NCBI RefSeq assembly: GCF_009914755.1
Contig: NC_060941.1
Reading direction: 5' to 3' (one strand)
From: the human T2T-CHM13v2.0 reference genome, Homo sapiens
DNA: 64,000 nucleotides
Below, one piece after another: positions 27,513-45,327 of the stretch; positions within the stretch are counted from its first letter, which is position 1; every line of letters begins with the position of its first letter. The notes under the pieces are model-generated. The model worked only from the letters and a program-made list of their open reading frames with translations, was not told the origin of the DNA and did no database searches. The position numbers and the translations under genes are program-made.

Positions 27513-29417
27513 TGTGCAGTCTGAGTTGATAATGAGTTGGTGAAATTGAGTGGAGACCTTGTTACAAATGGAGCAAGGGAGAACAAAGAATGAAGAAGGG
27601 AACAAAATGGGTGAAGCTGATTGGAGACAAAAGTTACAAATTGAATCAGTGGGAACAAAAAATGGATTGGAGACAAATTGTTAAAAATAGAGCCAGTGGG
27701 GACAAAATATAAAGAAAGAAACAGAGATGGATGGTGGACTTGGGATTAAAAGAGATGAGATAATGAAATGGCCATATGCTTCAAAATGGAAAATTTAGAG
27801 CAGAATTAACCTCTGTCAACTTTTGGAAAAATTCTCCAGATTTACTTCAAGAGTTGTGGCAGTTGCCCCCCTCAAAAGAACTTGCCCATCTTAACTATTC
27901 TGTTGATGATATAATGAGCACTAAGTAAACCTTGGATAATAAGTAGATAATGTATAGTATACTGATGATAGTATATTCCAAAATGACATACTCTCTGCAT
28001 GACAGTAATACTTTATACATATAAACTATTTCCCTTTATGTGTCTGAATCAAAGCCGGGTGGAGAATGAGATTCTTGTGGAAAAACCAATGCAGGAAGTG
28101 CCTAAACTTGGGTTGAACTGGAGGGTAGGGGACAGTGGCTTTTGATAGGAGAATTTTTTTCTCCTCATTATCTCTGGGGGGCAGAAAGGCAGGCATCCCT
28201 TGGAGCACCATGTTTGAGCAGACAGTAGGTTTACTACTGTCTTTTAAATGAATACATTTAAAAAACCTTTAAAAAATATGAGAATTGGAACAGTTAAGTA
28301 AGTAAAGAAAAGGAAACAGCAAAGCTAAGTCAGCCCATAGATGTCAGTAGAATCAAAAGGATCTGGCTAACAGGAAGTGGGATTCCAAGCTGCTCCCACT
28401 AACAAGAATAGGGTTTCATTGATGTTGCTTCTACGCTTTGTTTGAGGCAGAGGCTGTATAAGCCCATTCAGCAGGAATCTCGGCCTTTGGATTTCCATAT
28501 CAAAGACAGACTGTAGTTCTCTGCTTGCCTTGGTGGCAGTCTGACAGCCAATATCCTACCTCAGATCAATGCACTCTGCCAGTCATGACCACAATGGGAA
28601 CTTCCTAAGTTATCTGTGCTGAGAAATGTATTCTTTTCAAATTATTTGCGAGGCACATTTCAGCAGGGAGGAAAAACCCTCCAGCCTTTTGGCTCTGGAG
28701 GTGAGATGAGACTCTATTATCAGCTGAGCTCACCTCCCTCTATGTTTTCTTCTGGCATCAGAATTCAGCGGCATCTAAGAGTAAACAACTGTGAAAGCAA
28801 GGTATTTTGATATTTTCAGCTTTAACTATTGTTTCCAGCTCTTCAATTGATTTTGTAAAACGCACAAAGGCTCAAATGAGGATGAATTATTCTCTGGAGG
28901 CAGGCCACACTCAGAAAAGGTATCTAGTTTTCCTTCCTTCCCATCTCTCCTTCCCTCTTCTCTTCCTTTCATTCTTCCTTCCTCCTAATTTTTCTCCTTC
29001 CTTTTTTTAAAAAAATTCTTTTTATCTTGTTCTCTGCATAAAAAAGGGCACAGGAACAGCAACACATCATACAAATGTGATTATTATATTCCAGGAATCA
29101 CTAGATGGCTTGGCCACAATGGACTTTCTCTAGGAAAGTTAAAGGAGAACTTCATTTATTGTACCATGTTATGATTAGTGTTGCTCCACTACACCCTCAA
29201 ATAGTATTTTTAAGGCTCAAATTTTTATTGTAGACATAACTTTTAGATTTTGGACTATTAGAAGGGCCGAATCTTTCAAACAACTCTGGCTGCATTTGGA
29301 TAGCAAAGACTTCTATGTCATTGAGTAATTAAGCCATGCATTCTTGTGCAGGATTATATGATAACCATTCATAACTTCTTAAGATCCTTTCCTCCTTTTG
29401 TTGCCATACCTTTACAT

Positions 29418-29720
29418 CAGTGTTTCCCAGACTCTAAGTATCTAGGAACACTGGTGCTCCTTCTTTGAGAAGTAAGTAGGGGTAACTCTAGATAGGCAAG
29501 TATCTTACTTAGAAGTAAGTAGGGGTAACTCTACATAAGTCTCTGGTTGTGTAAGTTGGGGAAATGTCACAACATAGTCTAAAGTCCCATAAGGCAAATC
29601 TATATATCAAAGGCTCCATAAAGACCTGCAGTAAATAAAGCTTCTTAACTAGGTTAACCCACTGTTTCACTTAGAGATTTGACCAGAGAACATTAACTTG
29701 TGTGTTCTCCGCTAACAATT
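29418..29720. mobile_element. hAT-Charlie relic (MER112-like)
   Basis: CAGTGTTTCCC start; AAAGGCTCCATAAAGACCTGCAGTAAATAAAGC...TTAACCCACTGTTTC...ATTTGACCAGAGAAC. Confidence 0.5.
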
Positions 29721-31989
29721 GTGAATCTAGGGCACTGTTTCAGTCTACTTTTCTCTTCTCTGACCATGCTACCTCTTGCCTCTGAATCTTCTTTCTCCTT
29801 TAATACCCAGACCTGGACTTTTTTCAGTGCTCAACTTTTGCTTCTAGGTCTTTTCTCCTGTGCATTGTTTTGAGAGTTTTATAAACTTCTGTGCATTTAT
29901 ACAGAATATAAACTCAACCCAGTGGAAGGTCTTGGTCCTTCTCTTTTGTTCCCATTTGCATTTCCAACTGATTTTCTTATAAATCCATGCAGAAGTCCCA
30001 CCACTTCACTCTCCTCAACTGAACTAAATTCATCTTTTTTCTGCAATCTACTTTTCACTTCCAATCCCTCTATGTGTTAATGATACCACCATGCCGCCTT
30101 GACAGGAGGAAATCTTGAAGTCATGTTTAACTCCTTTTTCCCCTCTTGGAAATACGATTACTGACATTTCCCATACATATCTTAAGACCTCTTGCTTCTG
30201 TGGAGAAACATTTAACATTAAAAGGATGATAGCAGTCTTTATTTATTTACTTAAATATTTATACAAGTTTGAGGAGTCCAATCTGTGAAATTAAATAACT
30301 ACAACTAATGGTTGGTATCATAAAATGTAAGTTAAATTGGAATAGCATTACTTAGGGAACTCTGTTGGAATTCTCTATCTTCCAGCCTCCCACCTACCCC
30401 AACTTAGAGTCCAAATAAACACATGAAGAAAATGAACATCAGAATAAAATTAAAAAGAAAGCAATACTCTTTCCCAAACTGGGAAAAAATGGAAGTTGGT
30501 GAGGGATACATTTTGAGCAACTGTAGGAACATAGAGAGGGGAGAATGCATTGAGTCAGTTATTGAGTCCAATGCTGATACATGCACTGCTCTGGCACGCA
30601 GCAGGGAGTCCTGGTGTCTGTGGCTGTAGGTTTTATTGGGGCAGCAATGCTTATTAAATTGGGTTTCATAATATTTGAACTTCCTGTGTGGTCTGGTGAA
30701 TGGGGGGCCCCCTGCATTCCCTTCAGCTTGTTCTTTAAAATGTACCTTGGCCACATTAGCTAAGCTCCTCATAGAAATTATTTCTTTGAGTTCTGGAGTT
30801 CTGTTGCCTGGCTGCCACCTCCCACTGCTTTTTTCTTTTTCTTTTTTTTTTAACCTTATGCACAAAAGCAGTGCATGGTCACCAAATAAAAATACAAATT
30901 CACCAAGAGAACAAATAAATAATACCTGTAATTTTATGCAACCAGGTGGCTTGGTTTGTATCTTGGCACCTACGTCTCTGCTCCTGTGTATATATGTGTG
31001 TTTCTTTACAAAGATCATTCTGCTATCATTTCCTAATCTGCATTTTAAGATTTATAATATATTTGAAAATCTTCCCACACAATAAATGTACTTCCACAGC
31101 CTTATTTGTGAGGGCAGCATAGTACTTCATTTCTGAAGGTCCTCTGATGTTTTTTGGACAGTTCAATTAATGGAATTTCTTCTGTCATGAACAGTGTTGT
31201 TATGAATTCTCACAGCTAAAACTGTGTGCATGATTTTAGTTTTTTATTTGGATGAAGTACTTAAAGTGGATTTTCTAAATTAAGGAGGCAAACTTTTAAG
31301 TTTTATAAAGTATATTCTGAGAAATTAACCTCCAAAGAAGCAATTATTATTGCTTCTTTCTCTTATATAAATGTTTCATATGATTCAAATTAAAAAGTCA
31401 TTTTATTATTTTTATTTATAATTGTTTTATTACTTATTGTGTTGAATAAACCATTACATCTTCATTCATTATTAATATTACTTTACTAGTTAGTAATTCA
31501 TGGGAACTACTAGCTCAAGTCTTCTCTCCTTTTCTACTGGGATATTTAATTTTTGTTACCAAGTTTTAAGGGCCTTTTCTATATTAATGGCAGATATTTT
31601 ATAGTGAGTAAGGATTTGTTTGGCATTTATTCTGTGCCAGAAAGCCTTCTAAGCTTTTACTCATATTATCTTTGTTTTAAGCTTTACAGCTTTGTATAAA
31701 GTAGGTACAATTGTTATTTCCTTTAATTTTGGATGAAGAAATGAAGGCAGCATGAGAAGTTTGTTGAAAGGTACATGGTTTATAAATTTAAGAGCAAAAA
31801 CTTTACTGAGGCAATTTGATTCTTATCCTGCTTGCTATCCAGCCTTTTTAAGAACATGAATATGTGTGTATATACATATACACATATATGCACATCTTTA
31901 CACACACACACAAACATTTCCTTTCTGATTGTGTTTGCAAGGACTTCCAAATTTAATAACAGTGGTGCTGATATTCATGTCATTCCTGA

Positions 31990-32286
31990 TTTTCTCTTTT
32001 TAGATTTTTAGAAATGTGGTCTCATGCTATTATTCAGGCTGGAGTGCAGTAGTGTGATCATAACTTCCTGCAGCCTCAAACTCCTGGGCTCAAGTGATTC
32101 TGCTATTTCAACTTCCCGAGCAGCTGGGACTACAGGAATGCACTTTCGTGCCTAATTAAATTTTTTTTTTTTAGAAATGGAGTCTTAGTATGTTGCTCAG
32201 GCTGGTCTCTAACTTTTGTCCTCAAGGGATCCTTCTGCCTCAGTTTCTGGGTCTTCTGTTACAGGTGTGAGCCACTATGCCCAGCT
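31990..32286 (-). mobile_element. Alu (AluJ)
   Basis: Diverged reverse dimer; TSD CTGATTTT. Confidence 0.92.
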
Positions 32287-32311
32287 TCTGATTTTAATAA
32301 GAAGGTCTCTA

Positions 32312-32642
<331 letters not shown>

Positions 32643-32747
32643 TCACATTAATTTAATATATTTTATTCTTATTTTACAAAAAACCATGATTGTAAAGAAG
32701 TTAACAGCACCTTTTTATTTAGAAACTTTTTTTAACATCTAAGAAAA

Positions 32748-33609
32748 TGACTATCTTCACTTACCCACAGTGGATAGTTTCTAAGACCTCTGGTCTGAAA
32801 CTGAGGATGGTACTGGACTCTATGTGTATTACGGTTTTTTTATACGATAGTACTGGACTCTATGTTTATTACGGTTTTTTATACCTTCATACCTGTGATA
32901 AAGTTTAATTTAAAATTGCACACAGTAGAGATTATTAATAATAACTAATAGTAGAGTAGAAGCATTATACTATAATAAAAGTTCTGTGAATCTGGTCTCT
33001 CTTTCAAAATATCTTTCTATACTATACTTCCCCTTACGTGGTGATATGGGTTAGCTCTGTTTTCCCACCCAAATCTCATCTCAAATTGTAATCCAGGGGA
33101 GGTAACTGGTGAGAGGTGATTGAATCATGAGGGGTGGATTTCCCCCTTGCTGTTCCCATGATAGTGAGTGAGTTCTCCTGAGATCTGATGGTTTAAAAGT
33201 GTGTGGCACTTCCCCCTCACCTCTCTCCTGCCACCAAATGAGATGTGTCTTGCTTCCCCTTCACCTTCAGCCATGATTGTAAGTTTCCTGAGGCCTCCAC
33301 AGCCAAGTGGAACTGTGAGTCAATGAAACCTCTTTTTTTTTTTTTTTTTTTTTTTAATAAATTACCCAATCTCAGGTAGCTCTTTAGGGCAGAGTGAAAC
33401 AAACTAATACACCTGGATACACTGGAAAAAGGGATGATTCATGTCCTGTGTGGAATAGACTGGATAGCAAGAAATTTCATTATGCTACTCAGAACAGCAC
33501 CGACTTTAAAACTTATGAATTGCTTATTTCTGAAATTTTCCACTTAATATATTTGGACTGTGAGTAACTGAAACTGAGAAAAGCAAAACCGTGGAAAAGG
33601 GAAAACTGC
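32748..33609. mobile_element. Tigger2-family (Tigger2a/MER8-like) DNA transposon interrupted by an LTR
   Basis: CATACCTGTGATAAAGTTTAATTT..., CTGGATACACTGGAAAAAGGGATGATTCA...TAACTGAAACTGAGAAAAGCAAAACCGTGGA. Confidence 0.75.
33042..33411 (+). mobile_element. THE1D/MSTA-like solo LTR
   Basis: TGATATGG...CCCACCCAAATCTCATCTC...CTAATACA; TSD CGTGG/CCTGG. Confidence 0.92.
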
Positions 33610-34784
33610 ATATGCTTTAGAAAATCTTTTTAGATTCATTGATATAATTAATTATGTTCATAGTTTTTAAAAAAGACTGATTCATTTTCACAATTCTGGA
33701 GAAAGACTATTGTGCTGTCTTCAATGTATGTGATTGATTGATTGATTTTCTTTATACCCTTGTCTAAGACTATGTGATTTATTTAATATGTGGCTAGGTT
33801 TGTTTTGCTGATATTTTCCTTACCAGTTTTCTTGTATATTCATAACTAAATATTTGTCTAAGTTTTTTGTTTGTTTGTTTTTAAGGCAATGTTTTTCAGA
33901 TTCTGTTATCAGGATTCTGCCAATTCTCTGTCCATTTACTTGCTTTGGAACAATTGCAATGCCATATGAACTATCTGTCTCTTGATATTAGCTAGGACTC
34001 ACCAGTAAAATTCCTCAGTCCAGGTTTATTTGGGGTTCCTTAAAATCATTAACGACTCTTTTGGCAGCTATTTCTGTTTTCAACCTTGTGTCAAGTTTGG
34101 AACCTTAGTTTTTGCTGGAAAAATCTCATTTCATTGAAATATCACATTAGTAGATTTGTACGTAGTGTTTTATATTAAAATTTTCTTTTATATCTTGGTT
34201 ACATGCCCTATCTCCTTTATGATTTTTTTTTGTTTTGGAGTTAAGCTGACTTAGAGCTCTGTCCACTTTACTGTCAGTAAATCAGCTCTTGGACTTATTA
34301 ATCAATCCATCTTTTATTTCCAGTGCATTACATTTTTCCTTTATCTTTATTAGTATTCTCTAATACTTACCTGTTTCCTTTCTGTAAATTTCCTGTGTTG
34401 TATGCTTAGGTCATTGATTTTCATTCTTTCTAGTTTATAATGAAACAATTTAAAGCTTTATTAAAGATAAATAATATCTTTAACTTTTATTTACTTTATT
34501 TGGTCTAAAATATGATGAATAATGCTAATTAAAGCAATAAAAAAGCTGAATCTAGCCATCTCCCTACTCATACTTACTAATTATATAACTCATATCTTTT
34601 GTAAACTTTTTAAGGGTACTACTTAATCTTACAATGACTTAGAGAGTTTAATTACAGCTTTTCACTTCAGTGTTTTGTCAGTGTTTCCAAACATTCAAGC
34701 AATTTTTCCTTTATACATTTCAATATATGCCATTTTCTTCATAAAGATTCAAATCAACTAACTTCTCTGTTAATATTTTCTGCT

Positions 34785-34915
34785 TTTATTATTATTTTTA
34801 ACTGACACCTAATAATTGTACGTATTTATGGAGTAGGGTATGATACTTTGCTACATGTATACAATGTATAATGATCAAATCAGGGTAATTTGCATATCCA
34901 TCACATCAAGTATCT
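34785..34915 (-). mobile_element. L1MA-like extreme 3' end
   Basis: TAATAATTGTACGTATTTATGG...ACAATGTATAATGATCAAATCAGGGTAATT. Confidence 0.7.
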
Positions 34916-35692
34916 GTTAATTTTAAAGTTTATGAGTTTAAATTGACTCTCCTTTTCCCATTTTATAGCTTTTGCTCAGAATTTCACTTGGTTTAATACT
35001 AATTTGGGGACTCCTGCTTCTAGGGGTGCCATTTGTCTGATTCAACATTTTCATCAATTTAATCTTTCTGATGCCCTTTGTCGAGTATGACACAAAAGTG
35101 CCCCTGGATTTTGCCACAAGTCCATTGGCAGTGGTGAATCAGGGGGTTTCAGTGGAAACGAGCCTGCCAAACTTCAGAGTACTGAGCGCTCCTGGCTGTA
35201 TGGAGCTACTGCAAGCGACTCTTCCCATGAGTGTGTCTGTGAAGAGGGTGTGACATGAGAATGAGATAGGATGAGATACATAAAAAGAAAAATAATTTGG
35301 GGTAGAGGGTGCGGGAAGAGAATTAAGCACCTTTAAATACTGATGGGAAAAGCCCCAGTATAGAACAGTGTTGAAACCTCAGGTGAGAAAGTAGATCATT
35401 TATGAAATTAAATCCCTGGAGGAGCTGTTGAAAATAGGATCTAGATCATAAGGGGAGGGATTAGTTTTATGCAAGAAGAGAGATGCTTCTTCCATCGTCC
35501 TAATTAGGAAGGTGAACACGACCCTTTAGAAACACCGGGAAGCTTGAGGTGGCAGCAAAGGAGAAAGTATTTCCTTCTGTCTTGTGACTTCTATTTTACC
35601 ATAAAATAGAAGGCCAGTTGTCTGTTGAAAAGAAGAAGGGATATGATAATGTACAGATTTTCAGTGGTAGAAGTTTGAAATAGTCACCCTGA

Positions 35693-36003
<311 letters not shown>

Positions 36004-36419
36004 TAATTTCCTTCACTGTTATTTAGCAGCCTGGAAGCAAGAGCAGAGAAAGTGAAAAGTTAAGTTGATCCATGGTGTGTGGATTTCGCAGGGCCAATGG
36101 AACAGAATCACAGCACAAGGGTGTTGAAGATATTGCTGAGAGTGGCTGAAATGACAGTGGGATGCAGAAGGAAAAACAATCAGAGCTGGGCTCGAAGAGT
36201 GAACTGAAGAGGAGGAGGTTCTGGAACTCATTTCTTAATGAGATATGCCATGCCATGAAGTATATAACATATGCCATGAAGTAATGGAGAGAAATCTGAA
36301 AACGTAAGAAGTGTATTTTCAAATTTCATTTTATTTGGGACATAATAATAACAGTTGGTCCTGCTGTCTTCTGTTTTTCTGTTCTATGCGATAAGATGCT
36401 TTATTCAGAGTTCTTGAAA

Positions 36420-37780
<1,361 letters not shown>

Positions 37781-37789
37781 TGTTGTTAT

Positions 37790-40030
<2,241 letters not shown>

Positions 40031-40059
40031 TTTTCAGTGCTGTTAATGCAAATGGTGAT

Positions 40060-41042
40060 GCAATTTTGTTCATTTTTTTCTTGAATGCTGCCTGCTTTCT
40101 CCAATATAATGCTTAACATATGAATCATAGTTGTTTTAAGTTCCAGGTTTGATAATTCCAACATCCCTGACGTATCTGTGTCTGATTTTGATGCTTGCTC
40201 TGTGTCTTCAAACTGTGTGTGTGTGGTTTGTTTTTTGTTTTTGTTTGTTTGTTTGTTTTTGCCTTTTAGTATGCCTTGTCATTTGTTTTGATGGTCGAAG
40301 ATGATATACTGTGTGAGGGAGGGAGAGCGTTCTGTATTCCCATGGTTAGGTCTCAGTGTTGAGTAAGCTTGTGCCTCTGGATTGTGAACTTCACAAGTGC
40401 TTCTCGTCTTCCCTTCCCTCCCACATGGGACAGAATGGCTAGAGTGGGCTGACATTGGGTATTTCCCCTCCTCTAGGTCAGCTAGCCTCTGATAAAACCC
40501 AGAAGGTTAGGCTCTGGCTAGTTTCTCCTAGGGGCAGACATTGTTAAGAACTGAATGCTCTGGCACATTTCAAAATGGCTTCTTTTACCCTCCCCCTGAT
40601 TGAAGCACCAAGGGATTTTTTGTGATTGTTTACATCAGTGAATTGAATCAGTTCATTGAATTCAGTGAATTCAATTCAATTCAGTGAATTCTTGTAGGTA
40701 ATAATCACGAAAGTTTGTGGGCTTCTTGATGACTGGGTCCTCTGGATTCCTAAACTCTCAGACATGTCCATACTGAGCCTTCAGAGGTTCTTCAGTTACA
40801 GTATAAGTTTTCCTATCTAGGCACTGTTTCTGGAGCAGATTTCTGCTTGTGAGTTTCTCCTCTGGTGAGCTGTGATTCTCTGCATCCTCCTGTCTCTTTC
40901 CAACTTTGGGGCATGCCCTGTGATCTCACTCTGATGAATCTAAGAAAAGTTGTCAATTTTTCTGTTTGCTCAGTTTTTACTTATTTTTAGAATAAAGTGA
41001 CAATTTCCATGCTCCTTGCATCCCAATTGGAAACTGGGAGTC
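40060..41042 (-). mobile_element. Probable L1MC/MD-type 5' end
   Basis: GCCTTTTAGTATGCCTTG, TGTGAACTTCACAAGTGCTTCTC and CTGATGAATCTAAGAAAAGTTG recall old L1 5'-end consensus sequences. Confidence 0.5.
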
Positions 41043-41559
41043 AGAGTAGTATTATATATATTTATAAATGAAGATTTTATCAGTTGTCTTGTCATACCTC
41101 TCTATAGAACATATATTTAAATTATTTGTTTTCCTTTGACTACAAGGCTTCAAATATTACGTTATCATCATAGTCAGAAAGTAATTAATTAAACAATATA
41201 AACATGCTGCAAATTTGGTAAATAATTGTTAACCATGAAAAATAAAATTTTCTGATTTAAAACAATTTGTTAACCCAGTCTTTGCCATTCATCTTCTTAT
41301 TTTCAGGGAGGTACACCAAGAAATCTTTACTGAGGCTATTGAAATGATACTAATTTTACTTGCTTTTCATTTATAGGCACTTTTTAAAAAAGTTAAAATT
41401 AGATGGAGCTCAGTTTGAACATCCCTACAAAAATTGAAATCATGCCTTTTAGTATTTCCTCAAGAAGCTAAATAAATAAGTGAACAACTACTTATTTATT
41501 CATCTCAAAGTTTAATTCTCTCTATCATCTCAAAATGCCTTTACAAATAATAGCCAGAT

Positions 41560-41680
41560 ACTTGAGAATTTATATATATAATACACATAAAAATTATATA
41601 TAACATGTATACAAATTTTATATATTATATAATATATGATGTATGTACATATACATTTATATATATACACACATAATTTT
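41560..41680. repeat. (TA)-rich low-complexity tract
   Basis: Direct reading. Confidence 0.8.
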
Positions 41681-42304
41681 ATGTTATGCTTGAAAACAAT
41701 TTCATAGAATTAGAATAATATTTAAAATTTGAGAAGGAGCAAGTAATTCAAATTAAATAAAGGCATTTTCTAAACGTTAGGACATCACTAGATGTATCAT
41801 TTACATTGCATACTGGAATATTTTGTCTTTATATATATACATTAATGGATAGTCTCTTTTTCAAGTGGGAGTTTACTGTGCTTGTGGAAATAATATGCAG
41901 ATAAAGAAGGGAAGATTTGGGGTCACTAGTAAGCTAGTGAATGAGGAGCTTACAACTGACATATTCGTGGTTGCTGTAAAGTGCTATGTAACATACCAAA
42001 GAAACAAATACAAATCTGAGAAGTACGTGGTCAAAGTGGATGAATAAGCAGATGGTGAAAAGCAGTCAGCAGGAGACTCTTCACCAAGTAAAAAGTAAAT
42101 ATAGATTTACAGTAGCTCATGACCTACTATCTGAAGTGAATGCAGTTATTTCTCTTGTGGAGCCTGAGTATTTACACAAGGATTTACTCAATAATCAAGA
42201 AAATATAAAATTGTATCTTACTTCTAATCTACTCTTACACTCAAAGTTGTAACATTGATCCTTTGAAAGAAATCTTGAATGTTTTCACTTCCTTTTCCTT
42301 GAAG

Positions 42305-42855
42305 TGACACAAAATGTGCCCTCACTAAGCTCTTTGTTTTTCCTGAGAATGGTAGCCACGCAGAGGGGATGTGCTTGTGCCAGGTTGGTGTTCTCCCTGA
42401 TGTGGGCATGTGTGCGTGTGCAAATTCTGACTACCCTAATATTATGACAGATAGACAGAGGTAAGACATGGATCCCTGCCCTGAGTTTGTGGCTTTGTTA
42501 AAACTAAGATTCCACTGCCTTTAGTATGTCATCCTGACAATTTCTTTTCTTTGCTTTCACCAGATTCCCTAAGGAGTGATGTATGCATTGAACTTGTCAG
42601 AGGATAGAAGAGGTGAAGTCATTAAACAACAATCGCCATGTCTCCTGCTGCCCCAATCTATAGTATGTCTGAATTCAGATATCTCAACATAGTTCACAAT
42701 ACCGTGCTTTGACTTTAATAGAAATATTATAGCATGAGAATGACTCGAAACCCTGCATGAGTTTCTGGGGCCTTGATTAAAAGAAGTTTTGCAGACACCA
42801 ACCTTTTGAATGATCTGCCCTCGAGACATTTTACACCCTGGGGTACTGCATCACA
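42305..42855 (+). other. Candidate spliced exons (42305-42460; 42564 to ~42855) of an unidentified, probably non-coding transcript
   Basis: Acceptor TTTTCACTTCCTTTTCCTTGAAG|T, donor GAG|GTAAGA, 103-nt intron with branch-like CCTGAC and acceptor TTTCTTTTCTTTGCTTTCACCAG|A; motifs only. Confidence 0.3.
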
Positions 42856-43126
42856 GTAAGATTTGGGATGAATGAGAGACATATCTTTCTTTTATAAAAT
42901 GGGAGAAAGTGACACTAAAAGGAGCAGTGATAAAAGAAACCACCCGACACGGTACATTTTTAGGCAGCTTCATTTCAGGAAGGAGTCCAAGGACATTGGG
43001 AATATGCAGTTTGCGTCACTTAAATTCTCCTTGGCTACATACCTCTTGGGAAGTGTTTGCATGCCCCCAGAGGAAAAATGCCTCAGCTTAAAACAACTTC
43101 TCATTAGATACCAACCTTCTTCTTTA

Positions 43127-43607
43127 CCTATGTTGGTTTCCTAGGGCTGTTATCACAAATTTCCACAAACTCAGTGACTTAAAACGACAGAAATTTATTC
43201 TCTCACATTTCTGGAGGCCAGAAGTCTGAAATCCATTTCACAGGGATAAAATCAAGGTGATATCAAGTAGGGGGGTGCTCCCCAGGGAGGCTCCAGAGTA
43301 CAATCCATTCCTTGCCTTTTCAGCTTTTGGTGGCCGCCAGCCCTTCTTGGTGTATGGCTGCGTCACTCTCCAATCCCTGCCTCTGTGGTCACAGTATTTT
43401 CTTTTATTCTTCTGTGGCAGATCCCCATCTGGCTTCCCCCTGTATAAAAACACCTGTGACTACATCCAGATAATCCAGGATAATCTTCGAATCTCAAGAT
43501 CCTCAACATAATCACATCTGCAAAGACCCTTTTTCCGTAAAAGGTAACATTTATAGGCTCCAGTTGATTAGGACCTGATGCCTTGGAGGCCGTTATTCAC
43601 CATACTG
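43127..43607 (-). mobile_element. MLT1 (B/C/D-like) solo LTR
   Basis: CTTAAAACGACAGAAATTTATTCTCTCACA, TGGAGGCCAGAAGTCTGAAATC, ATCACATCTGCAAAGACCCTTTTTCC. Confidence 0.88.
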
Positions 43608-43679
43608 CTGTAATTAATAAATATTTTTCATCTGCTTTATTTTCTGCTGTGTCTTCAGCACAGAAATGATATACACTGA

Positions 43680-44081
<402 letters not shown>

Positions 44082-45119
44082 TAATGATGCATTGGGCAAT
44101 GTATCACTAAAATATCAGGTGCTCTTTAAAATTTTGGAAAGCAAAGTAAAGTGGGCCATACCAAAGAAAGATAATGCTCATCAAGTCAATGTACCGGGTT
44201 CTGATTTTCACAAAACCTTGAACACTAAATTATATTTCCTGGTGCCCAGGCCCTTTTTAGGTACTCCCTAATTCACTCCCTCCTTAAGGTAGTAAACCCC
44301 AATAATTATCAATGATTCTAGATACCATGGAACCAACGCCCATTTCTTTGCTGGGCTATTGCAACCATAATACTTAGCACCATTTGGTCCTGAGTTTTTG
44401 GGGTTCAGAGCCATTTACCCCATAAAGATCATGCATTCTAGAGAAAGCCAAACTCTCCAAGAAATAGAAATGATAATAAAATAAAAGTGTTATTTGGGCA
44501 TGAAAGGCCTCTTATTAACTAAATAGGCCTGTTGCATACCGGACAAAGTACAGCAATGGTATCTTCAGCACACAGCCCAAGACCAACTATAAACGATCCA
44601 TTCAAGTCACTTAGGGTCCATGTGTTAAAGGACTTCCAGATGTCCTTGAAGGCAGACCCTCTGTTCTATAATCTGGATCTCATCCACCATATGGTGCTGA
44701 TTTGGTTGTCGTGGTGGAGCAAGGATGAAACACAGGCTGCTTTGCAAGCTCCCAAAGAGTTGGAAAATTGTTTAAGGCCTCATCATTTATCAGGTTGGAA
44801 GTCCCTATGGCAAACACTTCCTGACTTCAGTGAAGTAAGGAGATGCATGGTACACTCTAAGGACAGGCTGTTTATGAAGAATATAAATTATTATTTCAAT
44901 GCCCTGGAATAACCCCAGATATTTTGGGATCTTAGCAAAATTCTCAGTTCATGGCCAGATGTTTTGAGCTAAATTGGAATTGTTAAATGTAAAATGATTA
45001 TCAGAACCTTCAGGTTCTATTCATCTTTAGGGATCTTACTTCATCACTAAAGGTGCTTACTTCTCTTAATTATGGCCAATGGCCGCTCACACTGCAGTGT
45101 TTCAGTGATACTTAAAGAA

Positions 45120-45275
45120 TCAGAGACAATTAGAATCAAATGGGGCATTTAGAGAATATCTATTTCAACACTCCTATTTTCCAAATTAGGAAACAGGCAC
45201 GAATAAGGTGAATAATTCATCCTTGACTCACAACTGGAGTAAATGCCTCCAGATTTCTGGTATAGAACCCATTAT
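45120..45275 (-). mobile_element. MIR relic
   Basis: TTAGAGAATATCTATTTCAACACTCCTATTTTCCAAATTAGGAAACAGGCAC. Confidence 0.5.
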
Positions 45276-45327
45276 ACTCCTAGGGATGACCTCTCTGCCA
45301 TGGGTGTCCTCTTAAACAAGGTTATCT

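Noticed and set aside
29468-29533. Repeat-spacer-repeat resembling a minimal CRISPR array
   Set aside because: Only two repeats, primate DNA and no cas genes; explained as a local duplication.
30404-31018. Longest ORF (204 aa, minus strand) with overlapping ORFs on both strands
   Set aside because: No recognisable domain; its Lys run comes from a T-tract, its start lies in old L1-like sequence, and there is no supporting exon structure. Treated as a chance ORF.
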